64,000 nt of DNA from Piromyces finnis finn (Eukaryota > Fungi > Neocallimastigomycota), in NCBI GenBank assembly GCA_002104945.1, contig MCFH01000025.1, forward strand, positions 124,001 to 188,000, written 5' to 3'. The notes beneath the pieces are model-generated. The model searched no databases and was not told the DNA's origin. It worked only from the letters and a program-made list of their open reading frames with translations. A program made the position numbers and the translations under genes. This document shows, piece by piece, positions 53,765 through 64,000 of the stretch. Numbering within the stretch: the first letter of the stretch is position 1; every line of letters begins with the position of its first letter.

Positions 53765-55393
53765 TTTAAAATATTACTATTTAAAATTTATTAATGATTA
53801 AAAGGATAGAATTAAAATGGATTCTTGATATAACATAAAATTACTTTTTTATTATTATTATTATTTTTTTTTCTTAATTTTATTAATAATAATGTCTATT
53901 TTATATTATTATTATTATTGTTTCTAAAAAGAAAGAATAATAAAAAAAATGAAAAGAAAACAAAAATAATAATAATAATAATAATAATTTTACAATATAT
54001 TATTGTTATAATTATTAATTGATTGTAAATTATATAGAATATACTTAAACTTATTTATGATATAATGTATATTTTGGATAAAAAAGAATAAATGGTTTAT
54101 AATTTAAAATAAAACTTTATTTATATTTGATTTAATCATTAAACTATAGTTTAAAGTTTTTCTTTTCGTAGTTTTTAATAAAGTTATAAAAAAAGATTAT
54201 ATTTTTTTCAACCTTAAAATTATATTATCTTATTTTCTTCGATACTCTAACACAACAACAAATGTTTTTTGTTTATTAATAAAATATTATAAAATTTCAA
54301 ATTTCATGGGTCAAAGTTTAATAATAAAACATAACTATTTTTTTTTTTTACATATAAACTAAACAATTTATTTTTCTTTAAAAAATATTATTATTGTTGT
54401 TATTATGTTTATTATACAACCTGGAAAAAAAGTTGTTTTTTTTTTTTTTTTAATTTTACATTTTACAATAATCTATATATCTCTCTAATAACTTTTTTTA
54501 TAATACTTATAGAGATTAAAATATTTTTAATAATAATATTAATCTTTGAATTTTTACTGATTTTTTCAAAAAAAAAAAAAAAAAAAAATAAAATAAAAAT
54601 AAAAAATAAAAAGGTTTACAAAAAGTTATGCGATTTATAAACTAAAATAATCTAAAAAACTTTTTAGTTTTTTCGTTTTTTTTTTTTTTTTTTTTTTTAT
54701 ACAATTTTATTATAATAAAATTTAATATGAATGAGCAGTATAAAACTTTATTTTAAAAAGAAAAACGAAAAACCAATCCCCTAGATCAATTATATATCCA
54801 TAGTGAATAAAAATAAAATTTTGATTGTTTTTATTATTGTTGCAATTCATTTATCCATTAATTGTTTTTTACAATGAAAATAATAACTACTCTTTTTTAA
54901 AAATGAAAAAAGAAAAAAAGAAATTATATTTATGTAAAACTATATAAAGAATGGGGTTCCTATTTCCTGTTGATACAAAGTCTAGCTAGATACTTGATTA
55001 TAAAAATTAATAATAATAAGAATTTGCTTATTTATTTTAATGGTTATCTTTTTTTTTTTATTATTAATATTTTGTTTTGTTTGTATTACTTCATTTTTGA
55101 AATAAAACTTTTTATTATATTTTAATACATTTTATTATAATAATGGATTAAAGATGGTTTTTATTTATTGGAATTTATCTATTCTTGACATATTTTCTTG
55201 ATTTAGTTATGTATCATTTATAATGATTAAATGATACATAACCAAATCAAGAATAAATAAATTCCAATAAATAAAAATGTATTAATAGAATACACTTCAA
55301 AAAACTATTTGGTCATAACATTATAGAATATTTTAGAGGTATTCAAGTATTTTGATATTATAAAGTGTGATTATTGTTTTAATATGTTGATAT

Positions 55394-56578
55394 TTAGTAA
55401 CCACCTCTTAAAGCTAAAACTAAATGAAGAACAGCACCACCAGTAATTTTGTATTCTTCAGCACTTCTAGAATCATCCCTATTTTTTTATTTTTTTATAG
55501 AATGAATGTTTATGTTAAAGTCTAATAATAATAAAACATTCTATATAAAATAGATAAACTTACATTTGTTTACCACCGAAAATTAATCTTTAGGGTTTTC
55601 AAAAAAATCATATTAAAAAAAAATAATTGTAAAAATATATTAATTAATATTCCATACTAATAATAAATTGTATTGAAGCATTTTTATTGTTACCTTTGTT
55701 GTGGTGGTGGAATACCTTCCTTTTCTTCAATTCTTTCCTTAATTCTGACAATCTAAATTTTAATTTTTAAAATAAAAAAGAATTTTTAATAATTTTATAA
55801 ATGTAATTATTTTGTAGTAAATACATATAAAATGAAATAAAACTTACTTGATCAGATGGTTCGATATCAATATCGATCTTTTTGGAAATAATATACCAAT
55901 TTTAATATAATAAATGAATTTTTTAAAAATAACGATTGATTTACAATTATTTTTAATAATGCCAAAAAAAAGTTTATAAATTAATATTTAGATATTAATA
56001 AAAAAAACAATTATTATATTAATTCATCAGCCAAATCAATTACAATTTTGAGGGGTTTTATTATTATTATTATTATTAATAATAATTTATTAACATTGTT
56101 AAAATTTTTATAATTATTTAAATTTAATATATCTTATACTTTAATAATAATTATTAAAATGTATACTAATTAAACAAAATTATAAAAATAAACTTACTTC
56201 CTTTCCTGTTAAAGTCTGATAATAATAAATTCAATTTTAATTTCAATAAATAAATTTTTGTTATCAATAGTTTTAGTAATGAATATATATAAAAAAAATA
56301 TTGTTAGATAAAAATAGTATAATTTAATATTTTTTTTTTTTTTAGATTAAATTAATATTTGGTAAATACTAAATTGAAATTGAAATTTTATTTTTTATTT
56401 GGATTTTTAAATATTATAAATGAACTTTATGTTTTCTTATTTTTTTTATTAATGTATGTTTAATTGTTCTATTTTTCAATTAATCTTTTATGTATCTTTT
56501 TGAAATGTATTCATACTTTCAATTCTATTTACTTTTCATTTAAATCTATTTTATTTTTACCTTAATCTTAATAAGCAT
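55394..56578 (-). CDS. NEDD8: NEDD8/Rub1 ubiquitin-like protein, 6 exons
   Basis: Spliced read MLIKIK|TLTGKE|[10 protein letters not shown]|[20 protein letters not shown]|LIFGGKQM|[27 protein letters not shown]. Not present in the ORF track. Confidence 0.96.
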
Positions 56579-58332
56579 TTTGAAACTATATTAAAAATTA
56601 ATAGAAAAAAAAAATTATGGATGATTATATTTTTTATTTTATATTAATAATTAAAGTTTAAATATTAATAAATTTTAATATCAATTAATTTTTAATATTA
56701 GTTTTTTTTTTGGAGATGAAAAAAAAAACCCTTTTATTAGTAAGCAATAAGTAAAACTATTGTTTTTTATTAATTATTAATAAGAGAAAAGATCATGTTT
56801 TTCTAAATAGAAAAAAAGAAAATAATATATATTATATGTACTCATTTTTTTTATTTCATTAAATGCTATGAATGTATTTTGTATTATATTACCTAAAAGG
56901 ATTGATTAAATATAAATATGTTAAAGTTTAGTAAGAAAACTACATATAAAATATATAATCTTATTTTTAAGTTATATATCAATTCAATAAAAGTATTAAA
57001 AGTTATTATAAATATTTTTAGTTTTGGTAAATAATTATACCAAGTTTTCTTTTACATTATTAATTATATTTTAATTAAGGAAAGTTTACTAATTTTCAAT
57101 AGGATTATATAATTATTCCATTTTCCTTTAAATATTTTATATTAACTATAGTAATAATAATAAAAAATAAAATATTTATAAAGGGATGTAAAATGACTAT
57201 ATTGATATTCTTATACTAAAAAAGAAAAAATATTAAAAAAATATGTTAAAATTCTTTCTATAATACACTTTTTTTTTTTTTACTTACTTTAAAATATAAT
57301 TATTGTTTTCTTTTAAATGGGTAAACCTTTTTTTTTTTTTCTTTTTTATAAATAATACTTTATTTATAGATCTTTTATAATACATTTTTAAAATTATAAT
57401 TTCTATTAAAAAGTAGTTTAACCTTTTTTAATAATCTATTATTATTATTTATATTTAAAAAAAAAAAAGATATAAAGAAGACTTCAATACTTCATAATTT
57501 ATAAAGTTTATATGAGATGATGACTATAAAAATAAACGTTAAAGTATAATAAAATAAAAAAAAAAAAAACTAATTATATTTAAAAATTATTATTGTCATT
57601 GAAAATATATAATAAAAATATAAGTTAATTATTAGCAATTAAAATTATTAGTAAAATACTTATTCTTAATTATAATTATATATGTTTTTTTTTTTTCTAT
57701 TAATATAGAATACTTTCAAGAATTTTATTTTTTATAATAAATAATTAAACATAAAAAAATAGATAATAAGAATTAAATATAATATAATATATAACAAGAA
57801 AACTTGTATTAGCAAGTGAGGAAAAAAGATGATTATTTAATGTGTTCACTGAGTATAAAGAAAAATTCAAAATAAAAAAACAAATATAAACATATTTATA
57901 GAATAAAAATATTATCGAAAAATAGAGAATAAAGTATTAAAAAAATGTTGAAATTTTCGCTATATTTCCATATAATAATAATAATTAACTTTTTTTTTTT
58001 TTATTCAATATTTCTATATCTTATAAAACTATATTAATAGTACAACAAAATAAAATATAATATTAATAATAGTAAAAAAAAGAAAACTTGAAAATATTCA
58101 TCACTAAAAAGCTTCAAATAATAAAGATATATTGGGTTGAAATTTATTCATTTTAATGATTTTATAAGATATAATACTTTACATTATATCTTATAAAATT
58201 TTAAAAATATATATATATATATTTATATATATGTATAATATTTAATGAATGTCATAAAATAATAACAAAATAGATTGAGTTAATAATAGATTATAATATA
58301 TATAATAACAATCAATTAATTATATATTTAAC

Positions 58333-64000
<5,668 letters not shown>

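Overview
Extremely AT-rich, intron-rich eukaryotic DNA with poly-Asn exons and AAT/TAAA microsatellites. It is most consistent with an anaerobic gut fungus (Neocallimastigomycota); this is an inference from composition, intron density and gene content, not a database match. The first 14 kb hold two diverged APE-type non-LTR retrotransposons on the minus strand. Element B (8012-13748, 12-bp TSD AGCATGAGTAGA) is nested in the 5' terminal repeat of element A (2172-13813, 13-14-bp TSD AAATACATTTATA(T)). Each element has one long ORF (RRM-like domain, APE endonuclease, RT, CCHC finger) broken by a single in-frame stop. Despite diverged proteins and unalignable UTRs, the two share a near-identical ~295-nt hairpin-rich 5' module, and B inserted at a GC-rich junction inside A's copy of it. 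This is the best candidate for an undescribed system (self-targeting and 5'-module capture). The remainder carries ten host genes read across introns: an SRSF4/5/6-type SR protein; SCAR/WAVE, an IQ-DH-PH RhoGEF and CYRI/FAM49 as three consecutive Rac-WAVE pathway genes; an Inn1/Fic1-like C2 protein; an FKBP-TPR protein with a 24-Cys N-terminal repeat; an IF1-like ATPase inhibitor; a Sel1-repeat protein; NEDD8; and a RasGAP split by a very large low-complexity insert that runs off the window end. No tRNA, rRNA or CRISPR array was seen.
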